Part shown: positions 38,290 through 47,990 of the stretch, piece by piece
Position numbering within the stretch: position 1 is the stretch's first letter
Layout of the letters: every line of letters starts with the position of its first letter
Source of the DNA: Nannocystis bainbridge
GTDB lineage: Bacteria; Myxococcota_A; Polyangia; Nannocystales; Nannocystaceae
DNA: 64,000 bases
Direction of reading: 5' to 3'
Assembly (NCBI RefSeq): GCF_028368995.1
Contig: NZ_JAQNDL010000001.1
Coordinates: forward strand, 480,001-544,000
Made by a program: the position numbers and the translations under genes
The notes under the pieces: generated by a model
What the model was told of the DNA's origin: nothing
Database searches by the model: none
Seen by the model: the letters and a program-made list of their open reading frames with translations, nothing else

Positions 38290-39282
38290 ATGAGGCGCCC
38301 GGTTGCATCGAAGGTCGCGGTCGTCACCGGTGCGTCGAGCGGGCTCGGACGGGCCACCGCGTACGAGCTGGCGGCGCGCGGCTGGCGGGTCGCGGTCGGG
38401 GCGCGCCGCGCGGACGAGCTCGAGCGCACCGCCGCGGGCTGCCGCCAGCGCGGCGGCGAGGCGCTGGCGCAGCCGACCGACGTCACCCACGAGGACGCGG
38501 TGCTGCGCCTGGCCGAGGCGGCGCTTTTGACCTGGGGCCGCATCGACGCGTGGATCAACAACGCCGGGGTGACCCTGTTCGCCCCGCTCGAGGGCGGCGC
38601 GCTCGCGGCTCACAGGCAGGTCATCGAGACCAACCTCCACGGCGCGCTGCACGGCGCGCGCGCCGTCATCCCGGTGTTTCGCCGCCAGCGCCGCGGCACG
38701 CTCATCAACATCGGCTCGGTGCTCGGCAAGATCGGTCACGCCTTCGTGCCGTCCTACGTGATCAGCAAGTTCGCCCTGCACGGGCTGTCCGAGGCGCTGC
38801 GCGTCGAGCTGGCCGAGTACCCCGACATCCACGTGTGCACGATCTTCCCCTACGCGATCGACACGCCGCACTTCCAGGTCGCCGCCAACGACATCGGCCG
38901 CCACGTCAACGCCATGCCGCCGATGCAGTCGCCCGAGAAGGTCGCGCGCGCGGTCGTCGACCTCGTCGAGCACCCCCGGCGCCAGCGCTTCGTGCCGCGG
39001 ATCGCCGAGCTCGGGCTGGTGCTCCACCGCGTCTTCCCGCGCACCATGGAGCGGCTGCTGTTCCGCGCGCTGGGGCGGTTTCACCTCGGCGCGCCCGAAC
39101 CACCGGTCGAGGGCAACCTGTTCCGGCCGGTCGCCGACGACTCCGCGGTCCACGGCCACCGACCTCCGCGCCTCGGCACGCCGGCGTTCCTGGTCTGGTC
39201 CGCGCGCGAGCTGCTGCGCATCGAGCTCGACGCCGCCCGCCGCCGCCTCCAGCAATGGCACCTCACGCGTACGACGCCGTGA
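38290..39282 (+). CDS. Short-chain dehydrogenase/reductase
   Basis: VTGASSGLG, WINNAG, YVISK. Confidence 0.92.
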   Translation: MRRPVASKVAVVTGASSGLGRATAYELAARGWRVAVGARRADELERTAAGCRQRGGEALAQPTDVTHEDAVLRLAEAALLTWGRIDAWINNAGVTLFAPLEGGALAAHRQVIETNLHGALHGARAVIPVFRRQRRGTLINIGSVLGKIGHAFVPSYVISKFALHGLSEALRVELAEYPDIHVCTIFPYAIDTPHFQVAANDIGRHVNAMPPMQSPEKVARAVVDLVEHPRRQRFVPRIAELGLVLHRVFPRTMERLLFRALGRFHLGAPEPPVEGNLFRPVADDSAVHGHRPPRLGTPAFLVWSARELLRIELDAARRRLQQWHLTRTTP

Positions 39283-40679
39283 TCGTCGGCGCCGGGCCCA
39301 ACGGTCTGGCAGCGGCGATCACCCTGGCCAGCGCCGGTCGCTCGACGCTGGTCGTCGAGGCGGGCGCGACCCCGGGCGGCGGCTGTCGCTCGGCCGAGCT
39401 GACGCTGCCGGGCTTCGTCCACGATCCCTGCGCCGCGATCCACCCGCTCGGCGCGGCCTCGCCGTACTTCCGCACCCTGCCGCTGGCGCGCCACGGGCTG
39501 GCGTGGATCGAGCCGCCGACGCCGCTGGTCCACCTGCTGGACGACGGCCAGGCGGTGCGGCTCGAGCGATCGATCGCCGCCACCGCGGCGCAGTTCGGCG
39601 CCGACGCTCAGGCCTATCACGACCTGCTGGGGCCGCTGGTCGAGCGCTTCGACGCGCTGCTGCCGATGATCCTCGGCCCGCTGCGCTGGCCCGCCGATCC
39701 GCTGCTGCTGGCCCGCTTCGGCGCGTACGGCCTGCGGTCCATGGAGGGCCTCGCGTGGCGCTTCGCCCGGGAGGCCCCGCGCGCCCTGCTGGCGGGCATC
39801 GCCGCCCACGCGATGGTCCCGCTCGACCGCCTCGCCACCGCCGCGTTCGCGCTGGTCCTGACGGCCGCCGCGCACGCGGTCGGCTGGCCGCTCGCCCGCG
39901 GCGGCTCGCAGGCGATCGTCGACGCGCTCGTGGCTCACCTGCGCGAGCTCGGCGGCGCGCTCGAGCTCGATCACGAAGTCGTCCACATCTCCGAGCTGCC
40001 GCCGGCCCGCGCCTACCTGTTCGACGTCTCGCCGCGACGCCTGGCGACGATCGCCGCCGACCGTCTGCCTCCGGCCTACCTGCGCCGGCTCGGCGGGTTT
40101 CGCCACGGCCCCGGCGTCTTCAAGCTCGACTGGGCCCTGCGTGCGCCGATCCCCTGGCGCGATCCGGCCTGCGCCCGCGCCGGCACCGTCCACCTCTCGG
40201 GCTCGCTCGCCGCCGTCGCCGACTCCGTCGTCCGCGTCCATCGCGGCGAGGTGGCCGCCGAGCCGTTCGTATTGCTCGCGCAGCAGAGCCTGTTCGACGC
40301 CAGCCGCGCGCCGCCGGGCATGCACACCGCCTGGGCCTACTGTCACGTGCCGCACGGCTCGGACCGCGACGTAAGCCGGCTCATCGAGGCCCACATCGAG
40401 CGCTTCGCCCCCGGCTTCGGCGACCTCGTCGTCGCCCGCGCCAGCCGCTCCGCCGTCGAGATCGCCCGCTACAACCCCAACTACGTCGGCGGCGACATCA
40501 ACGGCGGCCTCGCCGATCTGCGGCAGCTGTTCTTCCGCCCGCTCGTGCGCCTCGATCCGTACACCACCCCCGCGCCCGACATCTTCCTCTGCTCGTCGTC
40601 GACGCCGCCGGGCGGCGGCGTGCACGGGATGTGCGGCCACGCCTGCGCCCGCAGCGTGCTCGCGCGGGTGCTGGCGTGA
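39255..40679 (+). CDS. Phytoene desaturase-like NAD(P)/FAD-dependent oxidoreductase
   Basis: DAVIVGAGPNGL, LPGFVHDPC, AWAYCHVP, NPNYVGGDI, SSTPPGGGVHGMCG. Confidence 0.92.
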   Translation: MAPHAYDAVIVGAGPNGLAAAITLASAGRSTLVVEAGATPGGGCRSAELTLPGFVHDPCAAIHPLGAASPYFRTLPLARHGLAWIEPPTPLVHLLDDGQAVRLERSIAATAAQFGADAQAYHDLLGPLVERFDALLPMILGPLRWPADPLLLARFGAYGLRSMEGLAWRFAREAPRALLAGIAAHAMVPLDRLATAAFALVLTAAAHAVGWPLARGGSQAIVDALVAHLRELGGALELDHEVVHISELPPARAYLFDVSPRRLATIAADRLPPAYLRRLGGFRHGPGVFKLDWALRAPIPWRDPACARAGTVHLSGSLAAVADSVVRVHRGEVAAEPFVLLAQQSLFDASRAPPGMHTAWAYCHVPHGSDRDVSRLIEAHIERFAPGFGDLVVARASRSAVEIARYNPNYVGGDINGGLADLRQLFFRPLVRLDPYTTPAPDIFLCSSSTPPGGGVHGMCGHACARSVLARVLA

Positions 40680-40991
40680 TCGACCTCCGGCTCTGACGCA
40701 CGCCGCCGCCGCGTGATGAATCGCCGCTGCATCGTTGCATCGGCGTGACGGGCCAAAGATTCGCGTAGGCTCCGTGCAGCCGAGCTGAGCCGCGACGGGC
40801 TCGCGGCGGTGCAGACGCCCCGCTGCGAGCCGCCCAAAGCCGTCTTACCGGGCCGCAACGCCGGCTCATGGTCACGCCGCCTCGCGCCCGCGATCCGTGC
40901 CGGACTCTCACGCGACGTCCCGTGACATCGCGGACAGAATCGCAGGTCACGCGCGGCTGGGGGGCGCGGACGCGGTATCGTCGGCCCCGAC

Positions 40992-43022
40992 ATGGAGACC
41001 ATCTACGTCGTCATCCCGCTGCTGCTGATCGGGGTGGTGCTGGCTGCCGTGGTGCTCGACCGGTGGAGCGTGCCGGTCATCCTCGTCGCCCTCGGGTTCG
41101 GCATCCTGTTCGGCAGCGACGTGCTCAACGTGTGGCACTTCGACGACGTCGAGCTGACCAACCATGTCGCCAACCTGGCGCTGGTCTTCATCCTGTTCCA
41201 GGGCGGCTTCTTCACCAAGCGCGAGGACCTGCGGGCCGTGGCGTTGCCGGCGCTCGGCCTCGCGACCTGGGGCGTCCTGCTCACCGCCGCGGGCACCTTC
41301 GCCTGCCTGCACTTCGTGCTCGGCTGGACGACCCAGAAGTCGCTGCTGCTGTCCGTCATCATCTCCTCGACCGACGCCGCCGCGACCTTCTCGATCTTGC
41401 GGCGCCAGGCGCTGCCGAGCCGGCTGGCGTCGACGCTCGAGATCGAGAGCGCCGCCAACGACCCGATGGCGATCTTGACGACGCTGATCGTGGTCGAGGC
41501 CTACGCCTCCGGCGAGAGCCAGGGCTGGCTGACGCTGCCGCTGTTCCTGTGGAAGTTCCTCGCCGGCCCGGTGTTCGGCTGGGCCATCGCCCGCGGCTCG
41601 ATCGCCCTGTTCAACCGCCTGAACCCGCAGGAGCGCGGCTATTACTACGTGCTCATGGTCGGCGGCGTGATGCTCAGCTACGGCCTGACCGAGATGGCCC
41701 AGGCCAGCGGGATGCTGGCGGCCTTCACCGCCGGCCTGGTGATGGGCAACACCCGCTTCGTCTACCGCCAGGGCGTGAGCAACTTCGCCGCGGCGCTGTC
41801 GATGATCGCCAACATCGGCGTGTTCGTGCTGATGGGCGTGCTGGTGTTCCCCAGCCAGTGGGCCGACCTGTGGTTCCAGGGCGTGCTGCTGTTCTTGATC
41901 CTGACCTTCGTGGCGCGCCCGGCCGCCGTGATGCTCGGCACCCTCGGCATGCGCATCGGCCTGCGCGAGCGCTCCTTCATGAGCTGGGCCGGCCTGCGCG
42001 GCGCGGTCCCGGTGGTGCTCGCCACCTACCCGGCGGCCGCGGGCATGGCGATCGGGCAAGAGATCTTCAACCTCGTGTTCTTCGCGGTCCTGCTGTCGGT
42101 CTCGCTGCAGGGCTCGACCCTCGAGCTGCTGGCGCGCAAGCTCGGCCTGTCGGAGCCCAAGCCCCCCCAGCCGCGCTACGGCCTCGAGCTGGTGACGATG
42201 GCCCGCAGCGAGCTCGACGTGGCCACCGTCGACCTGCCCGGACCCCAGGGCCGCCCGGGCCCGCGGATCCGCGAGCTGATCCTCCCGCCGTCAGCCCTGA
42301 TCACCCTGATCGCTCGCGGCAACGAGGTGATCGGCCCGTCCGGCAACACCCGCCTGCTCGGCTGGGACCGGGTCACCGTGCTGGTGCGACCGGAGGAGGA
42401 AGACGCGGCGCGCGAGAGCCTGCTGCGCCGCTTCGAGGCCGTCGAGCCCGGGGTCGAGCCCGAACCGCTGGAGAAGCCGGACATGGTCCCTCCCGCCGAC
42501 GAGGCGGCGGTCGAGCGGCTCCGCGACCACGTCGTGCTGGTCGGCCACGGCCGCGTCGGCGCGGTGCTGGCCCGCTCGCTCCGCAGCCACGGCCTGCCGT
42601 TCGTCGTCATCGAGCAGGACTGGCACATCGTCGACCTGCTGCGGCGCAGCCACACCCTCGCGCTGGCCGGCGACGGCGAGTCGACGGTGGCCCTCGACCT
42701 GGCGGGCATCGCCCGCGCGCGGCTGCTGCTGGTGACGACGGCCGATCCCATGGCCGCGCGCGCGGTGATCGAGCACGCCCATCGCACCAACCCGGCGATC
42801 GAAGTGGTCGCGCGTGTCCACTTCGCCGAGCAGTACGAGGCGCTGTGCCGGTTCCCGCGCACCCGCTGCGTCAACGGCGAGGACGAGCTGGCCGGGACGA
42901 TGGCGCGGCTGGGCCTGGGCGTGTTCGGGATGACGCCAAGCGAAGCCGGGCCGACGACCAGCGAAGCCAGCCCGGCGGCCCGCGAAGCCGGGCCGGCCAC
43001 CCGCGAAGCGGCGCCGACCTGA
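40992..43022 (+). CDS. cvrA: Potassium/proton antiporter (NhaP2/CvrA type) with RCK-C and RCK-N domains
   Basis: ISSTDAAATFS, LEIESAANDP, WAGLRGAVP; TrkA-C-like domain; HVVLVGHGRVG TrkA-N domain. Confidence 0.88.
   Translation: METIYVVIPLLLIGVVLAAVVLDRWSVPVILVALGFGILFGSDVLNVWHFDDVELTNHVANLALVFILFQGGFFTKREDLRAVALPALGLATWGVLLTAAGTFACLHFVLGWTTQKSLLLSVIISSTDAAATFSILRRQALPSRLASTLEIESAANDPMAILTTLIVVEAYASGESQGWLTLPLFLWKFLAGPVFGWAIARGSIALFNRLNPQERGYYYVLMVGGVMLSYGLTEMAQASGMLAAFTAGLVMGNTRFVYRQGVSNFAAALSMIANIGVFVLMGVLVFPSQWADLWFQGVLLFLILTFVARPAAVMLGTLGMRIGLRERSFMSWAGLRGAVPVVLATYPAAAGMAIGQEIFNLVFFAVLLSVSLQGSTLELLARKLGLSEPKPPQPRYGLELVTMARSELDVATVDLPGPQGRPGPRIRELILPPSALITLIARGNEVIGPSGNTRLLGWDRVTVLVRPEEEDAARESLLRRFEAVEPGVEPEPLEKPDMVPPADEAAVERLRDHVVLVGHGRVGAVLARSLRSHGLPFVVIEQDWHIVDLLRRSHTLALAGDGESTVALDLAGIARARLLLVTTADPMAARAVIEHAHRTNPAIEVVARVHFAEQYEALCRFPRTRCVNGEDELAGTMARLGLGVFGMTPSEAGPTTSEASPAAREAGPATREAAPT
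42940..43020 (+). repeat. Four 21-bp tandem repeats in the antiporter 3' end
   Basis: Units start with gcgaagc; encode SEAGPTT/SEASPAA/REAGPAT/REAAPT. Confidence 0.7.
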
Positions 43023-43040
43023 GCCGACCCGCGCGCAGCC

Positions 43041-43925
43041 TCAACAGTCCGGGCAGTGGCAGACGAGGTCGACGTCGCCGCCTCCGCCCTCGCACACCTC
43101 GATCCCGTCATTACAGGCCGCCCCGGCGCATTCGCAGTCGACCTCGTCTTCGCACGCCACGGGCCGCGGCAGGCAGGTCCAGTTGTCGCCGAAGACGCTG
43201 GGGTGATTGACGCAAATGAACGAATCGGGGCACAGCTCGCACGCGGTCACCCACCAGCACGAGATCACGGGCACGCAGGCGCCGGTCCAGCACCCCATGA
43301 AGTCGTCGACCCCCGGCAGGGTCCCGGGCGGGCAATCGGGCGGCAGCGCGTCACAGAAGACCTCGCCGCCGCAATGGACCTTCTCGGTGATGCACTGGCC
43401 GAGCACGCATTTCGCCTCGTCGATGCCGATCTGCTGGCACTGGGTCTGATCGCACCGGGCGTCGCAGACCACGTCGTCCTGCTCGGTGGGGATGGCGAAG
43501 CACGAGCAACAGTCGTCGTGCAGCTTGCAATCGGCGTCGACCTCGCAGGGGCCGCCGCCGATGCCGCCGGTCGTGCCCTCGGTGGTGGTCTCGCTCGTCG
43601 TCGAGCCGGAGTCGGTGGTCTCGCCGCCCGTGGTCGTCGTGCCCGGCGCCCCCGTGCCGGTCTCGCCCGTGGTCCCGGGACTCGTGGGGTCCGAGGTCGT
43701 GCCCTGCGTCGCAGTCCCGGATCCCGTGAGCGGGTCGAGGCCGGTGGTCGGCGCGTCGGTGGAAGCCGACGAGGCCACCGAAGTCTGTCCAGGAGGATCA
43801 CCGGTGCCGTCGCTGTTCGAAGCGCTCGACGTGCTGCCGCCGACCGTCTCGCTGGTCTGCGGCGCAGCCGTCGAGCACGCGCACAAGCCGATGCCAGAGA
43901 AAGCCAAAAGAAGTCGAATTCGCAT
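43041..43925 (-). CDS. Cys-rich lipoprotein with Thr/Ser/Gly linker
   Basis: MRIRLLLAFSGIGLCAC, long linker, more than 20 Cys in the C-terminal half. Confidence 0.82.
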   Translation of the reverse strand: MRIRLLLAFSGIGLCACSTAAPQTSETVGGSTSSASNSDGTGDPPGQTSVASSASTDAPTTGLDPLTGSGTATQGTTSDPTSPGTTGETGTGAPGTTTTGGETTDSGSTTSETTTEGTTGGIGGGPCEVDADCKLHDDCCSCFAIPTEQDDVVCDARCDQTQCQQIGIDEAKCVLGQCITEKVHCGGEVFCDALPPDCPPGTLPGVDDFMGCWTGACVPVISCWWVTACELCPDSFICVNHPSVFGDNWTCLPRPVACEDEVDCECAGAACNDGIEVCEGGGGDVDLVCHCPDC

Positions 43926-44014
43926 GCGCCGAGCATGGCAAAAAGCCCGCAGACCCGCCAGAACACGCGTCGAGTGACCGGGCGTCACCTCGGTCCTCGT
44001 TCACCTTGTCGGGC

Positions 44015-44839
44015 ATGACGCAAATCCTGTCCCTCAACCTCGGCGGCTACGGCGAACAGCACGATCCATGGCGCGCTCGCCGGCCGCTCGTCGCCGCCGT
44101 GCTCGCCGAGCAGCAGCCCGACCTCGTCGCGCTGCAGGCGGTCGCTCGTGACCCGGCGATCGCCCGAGGCTGCGATCAGGCGACCCAGCTCGCGCACGAC
44201 GTCGGCGGCTATGAAGTCGTTTACCGGCCCGCGACCCGCGGCCCCGGCGGACGCGAGTCGGGCCTCGCCTTGCTGTCGCGGGTTTCTCCCCTGGCCGTGC
44301 ACGTGCATCCGCTGTCGCGCCGCGGCGACGACGACCCATTCGACCGCGTCCTGCTGCACGGCGTGTTCCCGGGCCCCCGCGCGCCGCTGCACGTCGTGTG
44401 CGCGCACCTGTCGTGGATCGAGGCGCAGGCGGGCGACAACGTCGGCGAGCTGCTCGTTTACCTCGCCGCGGTGCCCGGCCCGCGGCTGCTGCTCGGCGAC
44501 TTCAATCAGACACCGACCAGCGACGCGCTCGCCCGATTGCGCGGCGCCGGCCTCGTCGACGCCTGGGCCGCGCTGCGCCCCTGCGATCCGGGTCACACCT
44601 TCTTCGAGGCCGGCGCGCCGACCCGGCGCATCGATTATCTGCTGCTCGATCGCCGCCTGGGCCCGCGCGCCTGCGAGGTCTCGCTGGTCCTCGACCGACC
44701 CGGCGAGCGCCGGGCCTCCGATCACGCCGGCCTGCTGGCGCGGCTCGGCGACGACGGGCGAGCGGACGTCGCTGCGACGGGCGACCAGGGTCCGCACCAG
44801 CCCGGATCGCCCTGCCCACAATCGGCGCCGCCGGCGTAA
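44015..44839 (+). CDS. Endonuclease/exonuclease/phosphatase family protein
   Basis: LSLN, PDLVALQA, CAHL, LLGDFN, RIDY, ASDH. Confidence 0.9.
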   Translation: MTQILSLNLGGYGEQHDPWRARRPLVAAVLAEQQPDLVALQAVARDPAIARGCDQATQLAHDVGGYEVVYRPATRGPGGRESGLALLSRVSPLAVHVHPLSRRGDDDPFDRVLLHGVFPGPRAPLHVVCAHLSWIEAQAGDNVGELLVYLAAVPGPRLLLGDFNQTPTSDALARLRGAGLVDAWAALRPCDPGHTFFEAGAPTRRIDYLLLDRRLGPRACEVSLVLDRPGERRASDHAGLLARLGDDGRADVAATGDQGPHQPGSPCPQSAPPA

Positions 44840-44910
44840 ATCACATCACCGCGGGATGGGCAGCGCGTCTGGCTGGCCCCATTCGCTCGCTCGTGTCATG
44901 AACGGGCCTG

Positions 44911-45381
44911 ATGATCGAAACCGCTCAAGACCCCACCATTTACCAGGTCATCCGCGACCAGCACCGCGCCGTCGCCGAGCTGCTCGCCGAGCTGGCCGCC
45001 GAGCAGGACGTGGCGCGCGGGGAGCAGCTGTTCAGCCAGGTCCGCGACGCGCTGGAGCGCCACGCGCGGGCCGAGGAGGCCGTGTTTTACGACATCCTCA
45101 TCCAGCAGGACGCGGAGGGCAAGGCGCTGGCCAAGGACGCCGAGCGCGACCACTCGCAGGTCCGGCGCCTGCTCGCCGAGCTCGAGAGGATGCGGGTCGA
45201 CCACGCCGACTGGGCCGCGAAGGTCGAGGCGCTCACCCGCAGCGTGACCGAGCACGTCGCGTTCGAGGAGGACACTATCTTCGCCGCGGTCGAGGCGATC
45301 CTCGACGACGATCAGGCGCGCACCCTGGCCGAGACGTTCGAGGCGCTCGAATCGCGGGTCGAGCCCGAGGCCGCCGCCTGA
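44911..45381 (+). CDS. Hemerythrin/HHE cation-binding domain protein
   Basis: DQHRAV, HARAEEAVFY, ERDH, HVAFEEDTIF. Confidence 0.9.
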   Translation: MIETAQDPTIYQVIRDQHRAVAELLAELAAEQDVARGEQLFSQVRDALERHARAEEAVFYDILIQQDAEGKALAKDAERDHSQVRRLLAELERMRVDHADWAAKVEALTRSVTEHVAFEEDTIFAAVEAILDDDQARTLAETFEALESRVEPEAAA

Positions 45382-45425
45382 TCGCCCGACTGTGATGATT
45401 CACGCGCGCAAGGCAGAGGTCGCCC

Positions 45426-46511
45426 ATGAGCGGAGTGCCATCCCCGGAGTTCGCGCTCGGCTCGCCCGTCAAGGAGCGCGAGCCGAGCGTGCGGCCCGGC
45501 GCCCAGGTCCACGCGGCGCGCGAGGTGCTGGTGCTGCGCGCCCTGCCGGGCCTCGGCGATTTCTTGTGCGCCACCCCGGCGCTGCGGGCCCTGCGAGCCG
45601 GCTTGCCGCGGGCCAAGATCACCCTGCTGGGCCTCCCGCGAGCGCGTGAGCTGGTCGCTCGCTGCTCGCACCTCGTCGACGGCCTGCTCGAGTTCCCCGG
45701 CTTCCCCGGGCTGCCCGAGACCCTCGCCGACGTGCGCGCCCTGCCCGACTTCTTGCGCGCGGTCCAGGGCCGCTTCGACCTCGCCTTGCAGATGCACGGC
45801 GACGGGCTCGTCAGCAACATCGTCGTCCAGCTGCTCGGCGCGCGCACCAGCGCCGGCTTCTACGCCCCGCCGCAGCCGTGCCCCGACCCGGCGACCTTCT
45901 TGCAATATCCAGCGGACCTCGCCGAGCCGCGCATCCACCTCTCCCTGCTCGGCTTCCTCGGCATCGAGGCGCGCGGCGAACGGCTCGAATTTCCGCTCGC
46001 GCCGGCCGACGTCCGCCGGGCCGACGCGCTGCTGCAGGCCGCCGGCGTCGCGCCCGGCAAGGCGTTCACCATCCTCCATCCCGGCGCCGCCGAACCGCGC
46101 CGGCGCGTCGACCCTGGCGTGCTCGCGCAGGTCGCCGACGGCCTGGCATCGCGCGGCCTCGCCGTGGTCCTCACCGGCTCCGCCGACGAGGCCGACCTCA
46201 CCGCCGCCGTCGATCACCACGCCGCGCGCGAGCTCGTCGACCTGGTCGGCCGCACCGACCTCGGCTCGCTCGGCGCGCTGGTCGAGCGCGCCCGCCTGGT
46301 GATCGCCGGCGACACCGGCATCTCCCATTTGGCGAGCGCGCTGCAGACCCCGAGCGTCGTCGTCTTCCGCAGCACCGCGCCGGCCCGCTGGGCCCCGCTC
46401 GACCGCGTGCGCCACCGCGTCGTCGACGCCCGCGAAGCCCCGGCCTCGGCCGCGGCGATCCTCGCCGAGGCCGACGCCGCCCTGTTCCTCGCGGGGGTCG
46501 ACCGTGCTTGA
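45426..46511 (+). CDS. Glycosyltransferase family 9 (heptosyltransferase-like)
   Basis: LRALPGLGDFLCATPALRAL, FDLALQMHG, LHPGA, GDTGISHLASA. Confidence 0.92.
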   Translation: MSGVPSPEFALGSPVKEREPSVRPGAQVHAAREVLVLRALPGLGDFLCATPALRALRAGLPRAKITLLGLPRARELVARCSHLVDGLLEFPGFPGLPETLADVRALPDFLRAVQGRFDLALQMHGDGLVSNIVVQLLGARTSAGFYAPPQPCPDPATFLQYPADLAEPRIHLSLLGFLGIEARGERLEFPLAPADVRRADALLQAAGVAPGKAFTILHPGAAEPRRRVDPGVLAQVADGLASRGLAVVLTGSADEADLTAAVDHHAARELVDLVGRTDLGSLGALVERARLVIAGDTGISHLASALQTPSVVVFRSTAPARWAPLDRVRHRVVDAREAPASAAAILAEADAALFLAGVDRA

Positions 46512-47025
46512 TCCGCGGGCCGCCCTCCGCCGGGCCCGCCGGCTGCTCGTGGTCCCGCCCGCGGCCGGCTGCGACGAGCTGGGGCCGGCGCTGGTGCGCC
46601 TGCGGATCGCCATGCCGCAGGCGATGGTGGTCCTGCTGGCCGAGGCGCGCGCCGCCGGTCGCGTCGCCGTGTTCGTCGATCAGGTGCTGCCGGCGGCCGC
46701 GCTGACGCGCTTCGACGCCACCGGGCTGCCGGCGCTGGTCGATCGGCTGGCTGCGGCCCGCCTCGACGCCGCCCTGGTGTTCACGGCCGCCGACGAGACC
46801 GCGTTCGAGGTCGCCTACCTCGCCTACCTCGCCGGCATCCCGGTGCGCGCCGGCTTCGCCGACGAGTTCGGCGGCGGCGTGCTCGCGCCGGCCGTCCCGC
46901 CCCCGCCGGCCCGCGTCATCGGCCCCGGGCGCCACCTCTCCCTGCTCGACGCGCTCGACCTGAGCGCGCCGCTCGCCCCCGCGGGCGCGAAAGCGAGGCC
47001 CTCGTGCGACGACTCCGCGTCCTGA
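46504..47025 (+). CDS. GT9 N-terminal half-domain protein, degenerate
   Basis: LDAALVFT, AYLAGIPVRAG as in neighbouring GT9s; lacks the LGD motif and C-terminal domain; overlaps both neighbours. Confidence 0.75.
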   Translation: MLDPRAALRRARRLLVVPPAAGCDELGPALVRLRIAMPQAMVVLLAEARAAGRVAVFVDQVLPAAALTRFDATGLPALVDRLAAARLDAALVFTAADETAFEVAYLAYLAGIPVRAGFADEFGGGVLAPAVPPPPARVIGPGRHLSLLDALDLSAPLAPAGAKARPSCDDSAS

Positions 47026-47990
47026 CCTGGCACGTTCACGGCAGCTACCTCTACTACCTCACCCAGGCGCCGCACGAGTTCTACCTGCCCGTAAAGCCAG
47101 GTCGTCCCGAGGGCCACGGCGGGCGCGGCGGCAGCTTCGCCTGGGGCGCCAACGTCCACGAGGTCCCGGCCGACGCCGTCGCCGACCAGGCGTTCGACGT
47201 CGTCCTGTTCCAGTCGCGCCGCAATTACGAGTGCGATCAATTCGAGCTGCTGAGCGCCGCCCAGCGCCGCTTGCCGCGGATCTTCCTCGAGCACGATCCG
47301 CCCCGCGAGTCGCCGACCGACACCCGCCACCCGATCGACGACCCCGACGTCCTGCTGGTCCACGTCACCCCGTTCAACGCCCTGATGTGGGACGCCGGGC
47401 GCACCCCCGTGCGGGTCATCGAGCACGGCGTCGCAGTGCCCGACGGCGCGGCCTACAGCGGCGAGCTGGCGCGCGGGATCGTCGTCGTCAACGACCTCGC
47501 GCGGCGCGGTCGCCGGCTCGGGCGCGACATCTACGAGCGCGTGCGCACCCACGTCCCGCTCGACCTCGCCGGCATGGACTCCGACGCGCTCGGCGGCCTC
47601 GGCGACCTGCCGCTGCGCGAGCTCCACGCCCGGCTCGGCCGCTACCGCTTCTTCTTCAACCCGATCCGCTACACCAGCCTCGGCCTGGCCGTGTGCGAGG
47701 CGATGATGATCGGCCTGCCGATCCTCGGCCTCGCCACCACCGAGATGAGCACCGCCGTGCAGAGCGGCGTCAACGGCTACGTCGAGACCGACCTCGAGCG
47801 GCTGATCGGCCACATGCGGCGCCTGCTCGCCGATCCGTCCGAGGCCGCCGAGCTGGCCGCCGGCGCGCGGCGGATCGCCCGCGAGCGGTTCGGCATCGAC
47901 AGGTTCACCGCCGACTGGTCGCGGGTCCTGGGCGAGGTCACCGGATGTCCCGAAGGACAGGTCGCCGGCGCGGCCCGGAGGCTCGCGTGA
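47004..47990 (+). CDS. Glycosyltransferase (GT4-like)
   Basis: LTWHVHGSYLYYL, FLEHDPP, NPIRYTSLGLAVCEAMMIGLP. Confidence 0.88.
   Translation: MRRLRVLTWHVHGSYLYYLTQAPHEFYLPVKPGRPEGHGGRGGSFAWGANVHEVPADAVADQAFDVVLFQSRRNYECDQFELLSAAQRRLPRIFLEHDPPRESPTDTRHPIDDPDVLLVHVTPFNALMWDAGRTPVRVIEHGVAVPDGAAYSGELARGIVVVNDLARRGRRLGRDIYERVRTHVPLDLAGMDSDALGGLGDLPLRELHARLGRYRFFFNPIRYTSLGLAVCEAMMIGLPILGLATTEMSTAVQSGVNGYVETDLERLIGHMRRLLADPSEAAELAAGARRIARERFGIDRFTADWSRVLGEVTGCPEGQVAGAARRLA

Noticed and set aside
39255-40679. Carotenoid biosynthesis (crtI) assignment
   Set aside because: No crtB or crtE nearby; the sequence fits the widespread stand-alone phytoene-dehydrogenase-like family.
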